Shown: piece by piece, positions 28,982 through 38,905 of the stretch
Position numbering within the stretch: the first letter of the stretch is position 1
How the letters are laid out: each line of letters begins with the position of its first letter
Assembly (NCBI GenBank): GCA_965237905.1
Contig: OZ250172.1
Span: forward strand, 32,001 to 96,000
From: Nitrospinaceae bacterium
GTDB taxonomy: Bacteria > Nitrospinota > Nitrospinia > Nitrospinales > Nitrospinaceae
Direction: 5' to 3'
DNA length: 64,000 nucleotides
Translations under genes and position numbers: made by a program
Notes under the pieces: generated by a model
The model's input: only the letters and a program-made list of their open reading frames with translations
Databases searched by the model: none
Told to the model about the DNA's origin: nothing

Positions 28982-29998
28982 ATGACCACCAAAGTGGCTA
29001 TTAACGGGTTTGGGCGAATCGGTAGAAACGTCCTGAAGTGTATTCTGAAGGACAAGGAATGTTCGGATATCGAAGTCGTCGCCATCAATGACTTAACCGA
29101 TGCCGCAACCTTGGCTCATCTATTCAAGTATGATTCCGTTCAGGGGATCAATCCCCATGAGGTTCAGGGTGAAGAAGGACGCTTGTTGGTCGACGGCAAA
29201 CCGATTCAGGTCTTGTCCGTCCGAAACCCGGAAGAGTTGCCCTGGAAAAAATTGGGAATCGATGTGGTAATCGAATCCACCGGATTGTTTACCAAACGGG
29301 AAGGAGCTTCCAAACATCTTACGGCCGGCGCCAAAAAGGTGATTATTTCTGCACCCGCCACCGATCCGGATGTCACTGTGGTCCTGGGGGTCAATGAAAA
29401 AGAATATGATCCGAAGCAACACCAAATCGTCTCCAACGCTTCCTGCACCACTAACTGCCTGGCTCCATTGGCCAAGGTGTTGAACGATAAGCTGGGGATT
29501 CGCAAGGGACTGATGACCACCATCCATTCCTACACCAACGATCAGAGTATTCTGGATTTGCCGCACAAAGATTTGCGCCGCGCGCGCGCCGCTTCGTTGT
29601 CCATGATCCCCACCACGACGGGTGCGGCCAAAGCTGTTTCACTGGTTCTGCCCGAACTCAAAGGAAAGCTGGACGGGATGGCCATCCGGGTGCCCACGCC
29701 TAATGTTTCGTTGGTTGATCTGGTCGTCGAGGTGGAACGTGACACGTCGCGGGAAGAGGTTAATGAGATATTCAAACAGGTATCTGAAAATGAGCTGAAG
29801 GGAATTCTGCGTTATGAAGAAGCGCCGCTGGTTTCCGTTGACTATAACGGAGCGGAGGACTCCACCATCGTAGACGCTCCCTCGACCAAGGTGATCCAGA
29901 AAAATATGGTGAAAGTTCTCGCCTGGTATGACAACGAATGGGGCTACTCTTCCCGTACCAAGGATATATTAAAATATCTAATAAAAAAGGGTATTTAG
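28982..29998 (+). CDS. gap: Glyceraldehyde-3-phosphate dehydrogenase, type I
   Basis: INGFGRIGR, SNASCTTNCLAP, WYDNEWGY. Confidence 0.98.
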   Translation: MTTKVAINGFGRIGRNVLKCILKDKECSDIEVVAINDLTDAATLAHLFKYDSVQGINPHEVQGEEGRLLVDGKPIQVLSVRNPEELPWKKLGIDVVIESTGLFTKREGASKHLTAGAKKVIISAPATDPDVTVVLGVNEKEYDPKQHQIVSNASCTTNCLAPLAKVLNDKLGIRKGLMTTIHSYTNDQSILDLPHKDLRRARAASLSMIPTTTGAAKAVSLVLPELKGKLDGMAIRVPTPNVSLVDLVVEVERDTSREEVNEIFKQVSENELKGILRYEEAPLVSVDYNGAEDSTIVDAPSTKVIQKNMVKVLAWYDNEWGYSSRTKDILKYLIKKGI

Positions 29999-30020
29999 GA
30001 ATATTAATATAAAGTAAAAT

Positions 30021-30776
30021 ATGAGAAAAATGCTCATTGCCGGGAACTGGAAGATGAATAAAACCGTTCCGGAATCCCTGGAATTGATCCACGCTTTGCT
30101 GGGGAAGTTGAACTCCTCTTGTTCGGCGGAAGTGGTTTTGATTCCTCCCTTCACGTCTCTATTTCCAGCGGCGGAGGCCTTGCGTGGGAGCAGTATTCAA
30201 GTGGGGGCTCAGAACCTTTCTCATTTGGCGGAGGGGGCGGTGACCGGAGAGGTGTCCGGCACCCTGTTGATATCGGTGGGATGCCGGTACGTACTCGTAG
30301 GCCACTCCGAGCGGCGAAATTTGTTTCAGGAAAATGATGCTCTGATCAATCAGAAATTGAAAACCGCTTTGTCGGAAGGCCTCCATCCTATGTTTTGTGT
30401 GGGAGAGTCCTGGGAGGAGCGGGAGGCCGGCAAAACGGGGGATACCATCGGCAGTCAATTAAAGAAAGGGTTGGACGGCCTGACTCCCTTGGAAATGAAG
30501 AAAATGACCATTGCCTACGAGCCGGTCTGGGCCATTGGCACCGGAAAAAACGCACAACCGGAACAGGCCCAGGAAATTCATGAAGCGATCCGAAGTCAAT
30601 TGAGCTCCCAGTATGAGCCGGGAATAGCCAAGGACATCAGGATTATTTACGGCGGTAGCGTGACCCCCGAGAATAGCCACTCCCTGATGGCACAACCGGA
30701 TGTCGACGGGGCGTTGGTAGGAGGAGCCAGTTTGGATGCCGATTCGTTTTATGCTATTATCAATGCCATTAAATAA
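30021..30776 (+). CDS. tpiA: Triosephosphate isomerase
   Basis: AGNWKMN, GHSERR, AYEPVWAIGTG, YGGSV, LVGGASL. Confidence 0.98.
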   Translation: MRKMLIAGNWKMNKTVPESLELIHALLGKLNSSCSAEVVLIPPFTSLFPAAEALRGSSIQVGAQNLSHLAEGAVTGEVSGTLLISVGCRYVLVGHSERRNLFQENDALINQKLKTALSEGLHPMFCVGESWEEREAGKTGDTIGSQLKKGLDGLTPLEMKKMTIAYEPVWAIGTGKNAQPEQAQEIHEAIRSQLSSQYEPGIAKDIRIIYGGSVTPENSHSLMAQPDVDGALVGGASLDADSFYAIINAIK

Positions 30777-30796
30777 TCGATTTTCGGAGGATACGG

Positions 30797-31111
30797 GTGC
30801 ACACTTTTCTTAGCGTTCTGCATGTGTCAGTTGGATTATTCCTGATTCTTGTGGTTTTATTGCAGGCGGGGAAAGGGGCCGCTATGGGGGCTTCTTTGGG
30901 TTCTGCCGGCAGTCAAGCCATGTTCGGGAGCAGTGGAGCGGGTAATTTCCTCACTAAGCTCACCACCGGAGCGGCGATTATTTTTATGATCACTTCTTTA
31001 AGCTTGGCCGTTGTTTCCACCAAGAAGGATCATGATTCTGTCATTACAGAGGTTGAAGAAACAACCGAACAGAGCCTTCCCGCAGCCAAAGAAGAACTAC
31101 CCAAAGAATAA
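30797..31111 (+). CDS. secG: Preprotein translocase subunit SecG
   Basis: VLLQAGKG...FGSSG..NFLTKLT; between tpiA and tRNA-Leu. Confidence 0.93.
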   Translation: MHTFLSVLHVSVGLFLILVVLLQAGKGAAMGASLGSAGSQAMFGSSGAGNFLTKLTTGAAIIFMITSLSLAVVSTKKDHDSVITEVEETTEQSLPAAKEELPKE

Positions 31112-31123
31112 CTTTTATTTAAT

Positions 31124-31208
31124 GCCGATGTGGTGGAACTGGTAGACACGTGCGCTTGAGGGGCGTATGGGGCGACCCGTGGGAGTTCGAATCTCCCCAT
31201 CGGCACCA
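31124..31208 (+). tRNA. tRNA-Leu (GAG)
   Basis: Acceptor GCCGATG/CATCGGC followed by ACCA; anticodon arm TGCGC-TTGAGGG-GCGTA; long variable arm; GTTCGAATC T-loop. Confidence 0.96.
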
Positions 31209-31232
31209 ATTTCTTTCAGAGCTCCTTCCACC

Positions 31233-31589
31233 ATGCAGGCGACCAGCTTAGGCGAAATTTTTTCCCATCCCAGTTTCCTTACCATTTTAGCCACTATTGT
31301 GATTGTCATCGCCAACATCATGATTGGCGTCAGCATGCTCCCCAAGGACATTCGCGAAAAGCGGTATAAACTCCACCGCACCGTATACGGGACGGTCCTC
31401 GTTTCCTTCGGAGTCTTTCTGATCGTCACGCACCGATTGCTGGGCAATTCCTTATTCAATTACTTTGTCATGGCTTACTTTTTAACTGTCGTTCCTCTCA
31501 GCCGTAAATGGAATGTGACCGCGCATGCCATTATTGCTTCCGTCGGGCTGGTCCTGTTGGTTGGGGTCGCCGCATTCAGCATTTTATAG
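31233..31589 (+). CDS. Hypothetical 4-TM membrane protein
   Basis: Hydrophobic segments with several His residues; start moved to ATG 31233 to avoid the tRNA. Confidence 0.7.
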   Translation: MQATSLGEIFSHPSFLTILATIVIVIANIMIGVSMLPKDIREKRYKLHRTVYGTVLVSFGVFLIVTHRLLGNSLFNYFVMAYFLTVVPLSRKWNVTAHAIIASVGLVLLVGVAAFSIL

Positions 31590-31672
31590 AACGAAACATC
31601 CCATTTGCCTAATCTCTGGCGGATGTGCTGTAATGAGCACATAGAAACCCAATCATACCGGAAGCGAGTCTC

Positions 31673-33001
31673 ATGAAAGAATTCGATGTTATCGTACTAG
31701 GCGGCGGGACCGCAGGGATTGCCGCGGCCCAATCGGCAGTGGAGCAGGGGGTCCGGGTCGGCCTTATCGAATCAAACCGGCCGGGGGGGCATTCTCTGTT
31801 CAGGGGACAACTGCCTCTTCAGGTTGTGCACGATCGAATGGAAAAATCTAATGAACAAATATCCTTTGAAAGTCTGGTTCAGGAGGTGGATGAAAAATCT
31901 GAAAAAGTCTCAAAGGAAATTGAGGAATGTCTCAAAAGCTCCGGAGTGGAATACATAAAAGGTGAGGGCGCTTTGGCGGGGAGCAGTCAAGTGATGGTGC
32001 GTCAGGGTGAAGACTCATCGGTACTTAAGTGCGGGAAGATTATCATCGCCACCGGGTCTTTACCCAAACCGATCTCAAAAATTCCTTTTGACGATCACTC
32101 TATATTTCATAGTGACCAGCTTCTGGATGGGAAAGAAGCGTCAACCTCTCTGTTGATCGTCGGCGGAGATAAAACAGGGCTGGAAGCTGCCTACCTGTTC
32201 AACCTTCTTGGAACCAAGGTTTTTCTGGTGGATGAAAACAACCGCTTGATCCATGACAAGGATCCCGATTTGATAACAGCTTTGGAAGCCGGATTCAAAA
32301 AACAGAAGATCAAAACTCTGCTGGGCAAGAAGATCATTTCCATATTCAAGGATACTGAAAAGATAGACGTTACCCTGGACGGGGGGGTCAAGTTTTCAAC
32401 GGAAAGAGTTCTGGTGTCGGGGGAACGTCTGGGAAATACGGCAGACCTTGGGTTGGATGGTTTGAGTATTGAAAAGGGATCCAACCAGGAAATCTGGGTG
32501 AATGAAAATATGGAGACTTCGTTGAAGGGTGTCTTCGCCGTGGGGAGTGTAACAGGGCGATCCCGTTCCCTTCAAATTTCCAAAGAGGAGGGCAGGGTGG
32601 CCGGAATCAATGCGACCGGAGGGAGTGAATCCATTGATCAAGACCAGATTCCGTTTTGCCTCCAGACGCAACCTGAAATCGTGAGTATCGGTTGCCTCAG
32701 CGGAAATGCTCATTACAAAGGATATCGGGCGGTGGAGGGGCGGTATAATTCCTCCGGAGCCGAAGGTTCCCATAGCATGGATGGTTTTTGCAAGATCATA
32801 GCCGACCGGGAATCGAAACGGATTATAGGTGCCCAAATTTTGGGTGTTCAGGCTTCAGAGTCCATTGCTCAGTTACAGCCGAATATCAGAGAGGGCGTGC
32901 TGGTTAAAAAACTGGCGGAAATCAGTGAACCTACCTCGTCTTTAAAACCCATTATTTCGGCGGCCAAAAAATGCGTTCGAGCGCTGTCTGCCCAGCGTTA
33001 A
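31673..33001 (+). CDS. Degenerate class I pyridine nucleotide-disulfide oxidoreductase (Lpd/SthA-like) lacking the redox Cys pair
   Basis: VLGGGTAG, IIIATGS, GVFAVG and dimerisation domain present; GGHSLFRGQLP replaces GGxCxxxGCxP. Confidence 0.8.
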   Translation: MKEFDVIVLGGGTAGIAAAQSAVEQGVRVGLIESNRPGGHSLFRGQLPLQVVHDRMEKSNEQISFESLVQEVDEKSEKVSKEIEECLKSSGVEYIKGEGALAGSSQVMVRQGEDSSVLKCGKIIIATGSLPKPISKIPFDDHSIFHSDQLLDGKEASTSLLIVGGDKTGLEAAYLFNLLGTKVFLVDENNRLIHDKDPDLITALEAGFKKQKIKTLLGKKIISIFKDTEKIDVTLDGGVKFSTERVLVSGERLGNTADLGLDGLSIEKGSNQEIWVNENMETSLKGVFAVGSVTGRSRSLQISKEEGRVAGINATGGSESIDQDQIPFCLQTQPEIVSIGCLSGNAHYKGYRAVEGRYNSSGAEGSHSMDGFCKIIADRESKRIIGAQILGVQASESIAQLQPNIREGVLVKKLAEISEPTSSLKPIISAAKKCVRALSAQR

Positions 33002-33147
33002 TTCAAGGTTTTAGCGGGAATATCAAGCCTTGACTCAATTTTCTAATTGTGATAAAAACCTTCCTCTGCTAACGGGAAACCCCGGAGTGGCCCGCAACGC
33101 AATCTGCCATAATAGAGTTTCCGCAAGTTATTGAAATATATTCACTT

Positions 33148-33708
33148 ATGAGCGAAGAAACAGAAGAAAAAAAACCAGCCCCGGCCACACCCAAAGCAAA
33201 GGGTAAAAAGGACGAGGCTCAGGACACTCTTTGGTCGCGCCGCGACTTTTTCTCACTTGCCGGTTGGGCCAGTTTCATGGGTGCATTGGGGTTATCATCC
33301 CTGTATTTTTTGAGACTTTTATTTCCCCGGGTATTGTTCGAGCCGTCACCTAAGTTTAAAGCCGGTAACCCGGCAGACTATACGGTTGGCGAGGTCAGCA
33401 GCAAGTGGGTGCCTGATCAGCGCGTATGGGTGGTCCGCGATAATGAAAAAATTTATGCGATTCTGGCGCGGTGCACCCATCTCGGTTGCACCCCGCTCTG
33501 GTTGAGGTCGGAGGGAAAATACAAATGTCCCTGCCACGGTAGCGGATTTACCATGGACGGTATGAACTTTGAGGGTCCTGCTCCCCGTCCGCTGGAACGT
33601 TTGAAAGTAGAGGTCGGACCGGATGGTCAGATCGTCATTGATAAGAGTAAGAAATTTCTTTTTGAAAAGGGAGAATGGGGTAAGCCCGGCTCATTTCTCC
33701 GGGTCTGA
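33148..33708 (+). CDS. Rieske iron-sulfur subunit
   Basis: Tat motif SRRDFF, CTHLGC, CPCHGS, GPAPRPL. Confidence 0.95.
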   Translation: MSEETEEKKPAPATPKAKGKKDEAQDTLWSRRDFFSLAGWASFMGALGLSSLYFLRLLFPRVLFEPSPKFKAGNPADYTVGEVSSKWVPDQRVWVVRDNEKIYAILARCTHLGCTPLWLRSEGKYKCPCHGSGFTMDGMNFEGPAPRPLERLKVEVGPDGQIVIDKSKKFLFEKGEWGKPGSFLRV

Positions 33709-33755
33709 CATCCCTGCTTTCAGTTTATTAAGACAAGTTTACGGAGGTTTTTATT

Positions 33756-34586
33756 TTGGCCAACAAGCCCAAAATTCCAAATATAGCCGAGATCATGGCA
33801 GACATCAAAAGTGGCAAAATCTTTAATGATATTGCCAAGAAGTTTACCGAATCTCAGATATGGACTTCTTCCTTCCGGCATGGATACGCCGACACACCCC
33901 GCAACCGGGTTCTGCAGATTGCCAGTAACGTTTGGTTGCATTTGCATCCGGTTAAAATTCACCGCCATGCGTTGCGGATTAAATTCACCTGGTGCATGGG
34001 AGGGATCACGTTTCTGTTGTTTTTGTCCACCGTGGTCACTGGCGTGATTCTGATGTTTTATTACCGGCCGGTGGGGGAATACGCCTACTTCGATATGAAG
34101 TATCTGCAGTACGACGTGCCTTTCGGCATGTTGATGCGGAACATGCACCGATGGGCCGCCCATGCCATGGTGATTACCGTCTGGCTTCACATGTTCCGTG
34201 TGTTTTTAACGGGTTCCTATAAGCCGCCGCGCGAATTCAACTGGGTGATCGGCGTGTTTCTGGTGACCTTTACCTTGCTCCTGAGTTTTACCGGTTACCT
34301 GCTTCCCTGGGATCAACTGGCCATGTGGGCGGTAACTGTCGGTACCAATATGGCCCGCGGAACACCGTTTCTGGGCCATGAGGGACCCTTTCAGGAATAT
34401 GTGCCCCTCATCAGCGCCCGGTATGATATGCGTGCCGCACTATTGGGAGGGAGTCTGGTTGGACCTCCGGCCTTGCTGCGGTTTTACGTCTTGCATTGCA
34501 TTTTTATTCCGTTAGTCGCCGGGGCTCTGATGATTGTCCATTTCTGGAGAATCAGAAAAGACGGAGGAATCTCCGGCCCGCTTTAA
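33756..34586 (+). CDS. Cytochrome b6-type N-terminal subunit
   Basis: WCMGG (heme ci Cys), [31 protein letters not shown]...VHF. Confidence 0.93.
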   Translation: MANKPKIPNIAEIMADIKSGKIFNDIAKKFTESQIWTSSFRHGYADTPRNRVLQIASNVWLHLHPVKIHRHALRIKFTWCMGGITFLLFLSTVVTGVILMFYYRPVGEYAYFDMKYLQYDVPFGMLMRNMHRWAAHAMVITVWLHMFRVFLTGSYKPPREFNWVIGVFLVTFTLLLSFTGYLLPWDQLAMWAVTVGTNMARGTPFLGHEGPFQEYVPLISARYDMRAALLGGSLVGPPALLRFYVLHCIFIPLVAGALMIVHFWRIRKDGGISGPL

Positions 34587-34641
34587 TCAATAGTAGTTTT
34601 GTTACTGGGGAATCCAGCTCATATAAGGAATTGTTCTGATC

Positions 34642-35397
34642 ATGGCCACTGCCGTTAAAAAGAAGATCGCTGAAGATTCACCGGAGAAGGTGCATGTCTG
34701 GCCTTATCTGGTGCGTCTTGAGTTTTTGTGCGCGCTTATTGTCATTGTCGGTTTAACGGTGTGGTCCATTGTGATCGACGCACCTCTGGAAGAAGCGGCC
34801 AATCCCACCAAAACCCCTAATCCCTCCAAAGCTCCCTGGTACTTTCTGGGCCTTCAGGACGTTCTGGTTTATTTCGACCCCTGGTTTGCCGGGGTTATTG
34901 CGCCGGTATTGATCATCGTGGGGCTGATGCTGATTCCCTATCTCGACGTCAATCCCAAGGGCAACGGATACTACACCTTTACGGAAAGAAAAATGGCCAT
35001 CTGTGTTTATACTTTCGGGTTCCTCGTCTTATGGGTCGCCCTCATCATCATGGGCGTATTCCTGCGCGGGCCGGGATGGAACCTGTTCATGCCCTGGCAG
35101 TACTGGGACCCGCATAAGGTGGTGGCGCTGGTCAATGTCGATCTGCCTTATGCCTTCGGGATACGAACCTATCTCAATGCCAGTATATTCGGCGGCACCG
35201 TGGTGTTGGGTTATTTTGCCCTGGGGACCGCTGCGTATTTTTTTATGGAACGCAAGGCCATCAAAAACGTGGGTTTTCTCCGAATGTTTTTGAAAATCAA
35301 TTTACTGCTGATCATGCTGGGTATGGTGATCAAGATCACTCTCCGGCTGGCATTCAACATCAAATATATCTGGGTCACACCCTGGTTTAATATCTGA
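34642..35397 (+). CDS. Cytochrome b C-terminal subunit (subunit IV-like)
   Basis: VWP, APLEEAANP.KTPNPSKAPWYF, IPYLD. Confidence 0.88.
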   Translation: MATAVKKKIAEDSPEKVHVWPYLVRLEFLCALIVIVGLTVWSIVIDAPLEEAANPTKTPNPSKAPWYFLGLQDVLVYFDPWFAGVIAPVLIIVGLMLIPYLDVNPKGNGYYTFTERKMAICVYTFGFLVLWVALIIMGVFLRGPGWNLFMPWQYWDPHKVVALVNVDLPYAFGIRTYLNASIFGGTVVLGYFALGTAAYFFMERKAIKNVGFLRMFLKINLLLIMLGMVIKITLRLAFNIKYIWVTPWFNI

Positions 35398-35410
35398 GTT
35401 TTAAAAATAC

Positions 35411-38065
35411 ATGACAGAAGAACCAAATCGAAAAGAAGGGGAGTTTGACGAGACTACCTCGTATAGTTTCCTGTATTTCCTGGTGGCCGGAGCCACGTTG
35501 TTTGTCACCCTGTGGGCTTTCTGGGACGACGAATACAGCCGCCGGGGGTACAAGGAATTCCAGGACGTTTATTTTAAGGATCAGTACGTTCGCGCGGAGA
35601 ACGAGTATAAGGAAGTTACCCAGAAAATCCAGGCGAAGGAACAGGAAATTTTGGCCGCCATCGCCTCGGAAGAGCAAAAGCTAAATGCCAGCGATGAATA
35701 TGAAGAGCTCGCGGAAGTCGCCTGGGAAGCGCAAAATCATCTGGATGAAGTGACCGGAGATCAGAAATTCGCCAGGAGCCGGCTTGATGAATATTATTAC
35801 TATTACAAAAAAGCCATGCACGAAGGCAAAAACTTCGAGGTCCAATTGGCCAAGGTCCATGATACGGAAAAGGAAATTCAGGAATTTGATCCGGTCATTG
35901 CCGAATTGAAGCGCAAAAGGGACGAAGCCGAGGAAAAATTACTCAAATTCAAGGCCGAGAAGGAAAACCTGGAAAAAGAAATCGCCAAACTGGTCAACGA
36001 CAGGCAGATTCTTGAAGGAACTATGGATTATTACAAACCGTTTCCCTTTTTCTGGCGCGCCGCTGAAATTCTGCAAACGGTGATCCCGTCTTACGGTAAA
36101 AACAACTTCCAGGAAATTACCTATAAAGTCGACCGTTGTCATACCTGCCATATCGCCTACGATGACCCCTACTATGAAAACCATGAACAGCCGCTCAAGA
36201 CCCATCCCGATGTGGATCTTTACATTAAGAAGCACGATCCCCTGGTAACCGGGTGTACTTGGTGTCATAAAGGTCAAGGCACCGCCACGGCCCCTGCGGA
36301 GGATGCGCACGGCTCCCATCATGAGATGGATCAGTCGACCGGGATTAATGAGCCGATTCTGCTTGGTAATCTCATGCAGGCCAATTGCCGGAACTGCCAT
36401 GCGCCCCAGGTGGAATTGGAAGGGGCTCCGATGCTGTCCAAGGGTAAAAAATTATTCATCAAAATGGGTTGTCATGGATGCCACTTGGTGGAGGGTTATC
36501 AGAAAGAACGCAAGGTGGGACCCAGCCTGCTTCGCATCGCATCGAAGGTGGACCCAAGCTGGCTGGTCCGCTGGGTCAAGAAACCCAAGAATTACCTGCC
36601 CAAAACCCGCATGCCCAATTTTGGTTTGAGTGACGAGCATACGCTGGCCATTTCCGCCTATATCTGGGATGTTTCCGAAAAAGATTACAAGGTGGCCGAA
36701 ACCTATGAGGGCGGCGACCCGGCGAAAGGCAAACAATTGTTTGAAACGGTGGGGTGTCAGGCCTGTCATAAGGTCAAGGGCAACGGTGAGTTGTTCGGCC
36801 CCAATTTGACCCGCATCGGCAACAAGGTGAACCCGGACTGGCTGGTCAGCTGGATCAAAAATCCGGCTGAGTACAATCCCAATAGTATCATGCCGGATCT
36901 GCGGTTAACGTTGGAACAAGCTTCGGATATTACCGCGTATCTGTTGCAATTTGACCAGAAACGGCCGCAAACCGGTGTGGAGGAAAAACTCAACGATCCA
37001 GAGTTGATCAAGCTGGGTAAAACACTGGTTCGGGGAAGAGGGTGTTTTGCCTGTCACGACATCAAGGGCATGGAAAAAGAAGGCCGCATTGCCCCGGAAC
37101 TGACCGCATTCGGCAACAAGCAGACGCGGGAATTGGAGTTCGGCGACTCCCACATCCCCCTCACCTGGGAGTCCTGGACGCGCACCAAACTGAAAAAACC
37201 CGATTCCTACGCCACCGAACGGATTCTGGACAAGATGCCCGATTTCGAACTCGCGCCGGATGAGGTGGAAGTCCTGCTGGTCCTGCTTAAAGGATTTAAT
37301 GGTGTAAAAATTCCACAGCAGTATCAGAAAAATTACTCAGAGAAAGAACTGACCATTGAAAAAGGGCGACGCCTGATCACCCGTTACAATTGTCGCGGAT
37401 GCCATGTGGTGGAGCGCACCGGCGGTCATATTCAAGAGTTTCTTTCAGCGAAACCGCAGTACCCGCCTCCTCTGGAGATGGGGGATTACCATGTAGGAGA
37501 ACGCCTGAAGGGGTCGTGGCTATTCTCGTTCCTGAAAAAGCCCACACCCGTGAGGACTTGGATGAAAGTTCGTATGCCGACGTTTTCCCTCACTGACAAG
37601 GAAGTTCGGGATTTAACGGCTTACTTTGAGGCGATGTCTCCGAACGATATCAAATACGAGCCCGACGTCCACATCAAGAAGAACAAGGACAGCATACAAA
37701 CCGGGGTGAAGATCGTCAATTACATGGACTGCGGAAAATGCCATGATGACGGTGCCAAGGGAATTGATTTCTCCGTTGCCGCCCAGCGGTTAAAGCAGGG
37801 TTGGATTCCAAAATGGTTGAAGGATACCCGGGAAATGATCCCTTGGACCAAAATGCCCAACCATTGGTCTAAAAAAGACGGCAAGTACGTCATCCCCACC
37901 AAGTTCAGCGATCTTGAGGAATTTGAAGAAGGAAATATCGATTCTCATATCAAGCACATCGGTGATTTGATTCTCTCTTACAACACTGCCGAGGGCATTA
38001 ATTTCGAAGATTCTTTGGGCGAAGGCGGGGAGGAAGAAGAGGAAGAAGAAGACGAGGATGAATAG
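35411..38065 (+). CDS. Membrane-anchored octaheme cytochrome c with coiled-coil stalk
   Basis: Eight CxxCH motifs (CHTCH, CTWCH, CRNCH, CHGCH, CQACH, CFACH, CRGCH, CGKCH); N-terminal TM; acidic tail. Confidence 0.93.
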   Translation: MTEEPNRKEGEFDETTSYSFLYFLVAGATLFVTLWAFWDDEYSRRGYKEFQDVYFKDQYVRAENEYKEVTQKIQAKEQEILAAIASEEQKLNASDEYEELAEVAWEAQNHLDEVTGDQKFARSRLDEYYYYYKKAMHEGKNFEVQLAKVHDTEKEIQEFDPVIAELKRKRDEAEEKLLKFKAEKENLEKEIAKLVNDRQILEGTMDYYKPFPFFWRAAEILQTVIPSYGKNNFQEITYKVDRCHTCHIAYDDPYYENHEQPLKTHPDVDLYIKKHDPLVTGCTWCHKGQGTATAPAEDAHGSHHEMDQSTGINEPILLGNLMQANCRNCHAPQVELEGAPMLSKGKKLFIKMGCHGCHLVEGYQKERKVGPSLLRIASKVDPSWLVRWVKKPKNYLPKTRMPNFGLSDEHTLAISAYIWDVSEKDYKVAETYEGGDPAKGKQLFETVGCQACHKVKGNGELFGPNLTRIGNKVNPDWLVSWIKNPAEYNPNSIMPDLRLTLEQASDITAYLLQFDQKRPQTGVEEKLNDPELIKLGKTLVRGRGCFACHDIKGMEKEGRIAPELTAFGNKQTRELEFGDSHIPLTWESWTRTKLKKPDSYATERILDKMPDFELAPDEVEVLLVLLKGFNGVKIPQQYQKNYSEKELTIEKGRRLITRYNCRGCHVVERTGGHIQEFLSAKPQYPPPLEMGDYHVGERLKGSWLFSFLKKPTPVRTWMKVRMPTFSLTDKEVRDLTAYFEAMSPNDIKYEPDVHIKKNKDSIQTGVKIVNYMDCGKCHDDGAKGIDFSVAAQRLKQGWIPKWLKDTREMIPWTKMPNHWSKKDGKYVIPTKFSDLEEFEEGNIDSHIKHIGDLILSYNTAEGINFEDSLGEGGEEEEEEEDEDE

Positions 38066-38141
38066 AATTTCTGGGTAGCCGTTTGGATCGAAAATAGTGT
38101 AAAGTAGGAACAGAAATATCTTAATTTAAAAGGATTGAAGC

Positions 38142-38324
38142 ATGGAAAATTCAGGGCTCGAAAATTTTCTTATTATTGCCTTGAAACCCGACAATATGCC
38201 GATTGCCGGCATGTTGGGGTTTATTGCGTTCGTCTTTTGGGTGGCGATCGTTCAAATGGTCAAGCACGACCGCCTGATCAAAGATAATAAGAAAGATAAA
38301 ATTTACGATGAAATGATCAAGTAA
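38142..38324 (+). CDS. Small membrane protein (KPDNMPI motif), likely accessory to the Rieske/cyt b complex
   Basis: 60 aa, TM helix, SD AAGGA, operon position. Confidence 0.7.
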   Translation: MENSGLENFLIIALKPDNMPIAGMLGFIAFVFWVAIVQMVKHDRLIKDNKKDKIYDEMIK

Positions 38325-38819
38325 GTGGGTCTCTTCATTCTCGCATTTATTGCCTTCACCATTGGGATCGTTCTGATCCTCCTTCTGAAAAACGTCTCTC
38401 CGCCCCCTCCTCAGGAACAAATTCACTTCGACAATCCCGACGACAAACCCGTCTACCTGTTAGACCGCGAAGCGTTTAAGGAAAAATGTTTGGAGTTTCT
38501 CGGAAAATTCAATCTCGAGTACAAGCATTCTGTTTGGGCCAACAATCAGGAATTGGAAATCGATATGCTGGATGAAACGCCGGTTGTCGGTGGTAAATAT
38601 CTGGCCCTGTGCATTTTTGAACCTTCGAATATGTTGGTCGATCTTTTTAAGGTGAAGGGTTTTCTCGACTCGGTTAAAGGCGAGGGCGCCGCACGGGGGA
38701 TTGTGATCACCACCGGGTATTTTTCCGCTGACGCCCAGAAAGCCATTGAAGAAGATCCCGTTGAACTGGTCAATGTTGTTTCCTTCCTGGATTATTTGAA
38801 AAAGTTTGATATTTATTAA
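38325..38819 (+). CDS. Membrane-anchored Mrr/restriction-endonuclease-fold protein, apparently inactive
   Basis: Mrr_cat-like GAARGIVITTGYFSADA...VELVN; LCI in place of QCK. Confidence 0.65.
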   Translation: MGLFILAFIAFTIGIVLILLLKNVSPPPPQEQIHFDNPDDKPVYLLDREAFKEKCLEFLGKFNLEYKHSVWANNQELEIDMLDETPVVGGKYLALCIFEPSNMLVDLFKVKGFLDSVKGEGAARGIVITTGYFSADAQKAIEEDPVELVNVVSFLDYLKKFDIY

Positions 38820-38905
38820 GTCTTTCCGCTTCTCCACCGACTTGAAAATATTATCCCGGCTTCCCTTATTTCCTCCCGCTTCCTTTGTGATATACTGATA
38901 ACCTT

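Noticed and set aside
31167..31232. N-terminal extension of the 31167 ORF
   Set aside because: Overlaps tRNA-Leu; ATG 31233 is more plausible.
31209..31600. Island integrated at tRNA-Leu
   Set aside because: No integrase and no duplicated tRNA 3' end found in the window.
33061..33125. Possible riboswitch upstream of the Rieske gene (GGAAAC...GTTTCC)
   Set aside because: Only one short pairing; no known aptamer consensus recognised.
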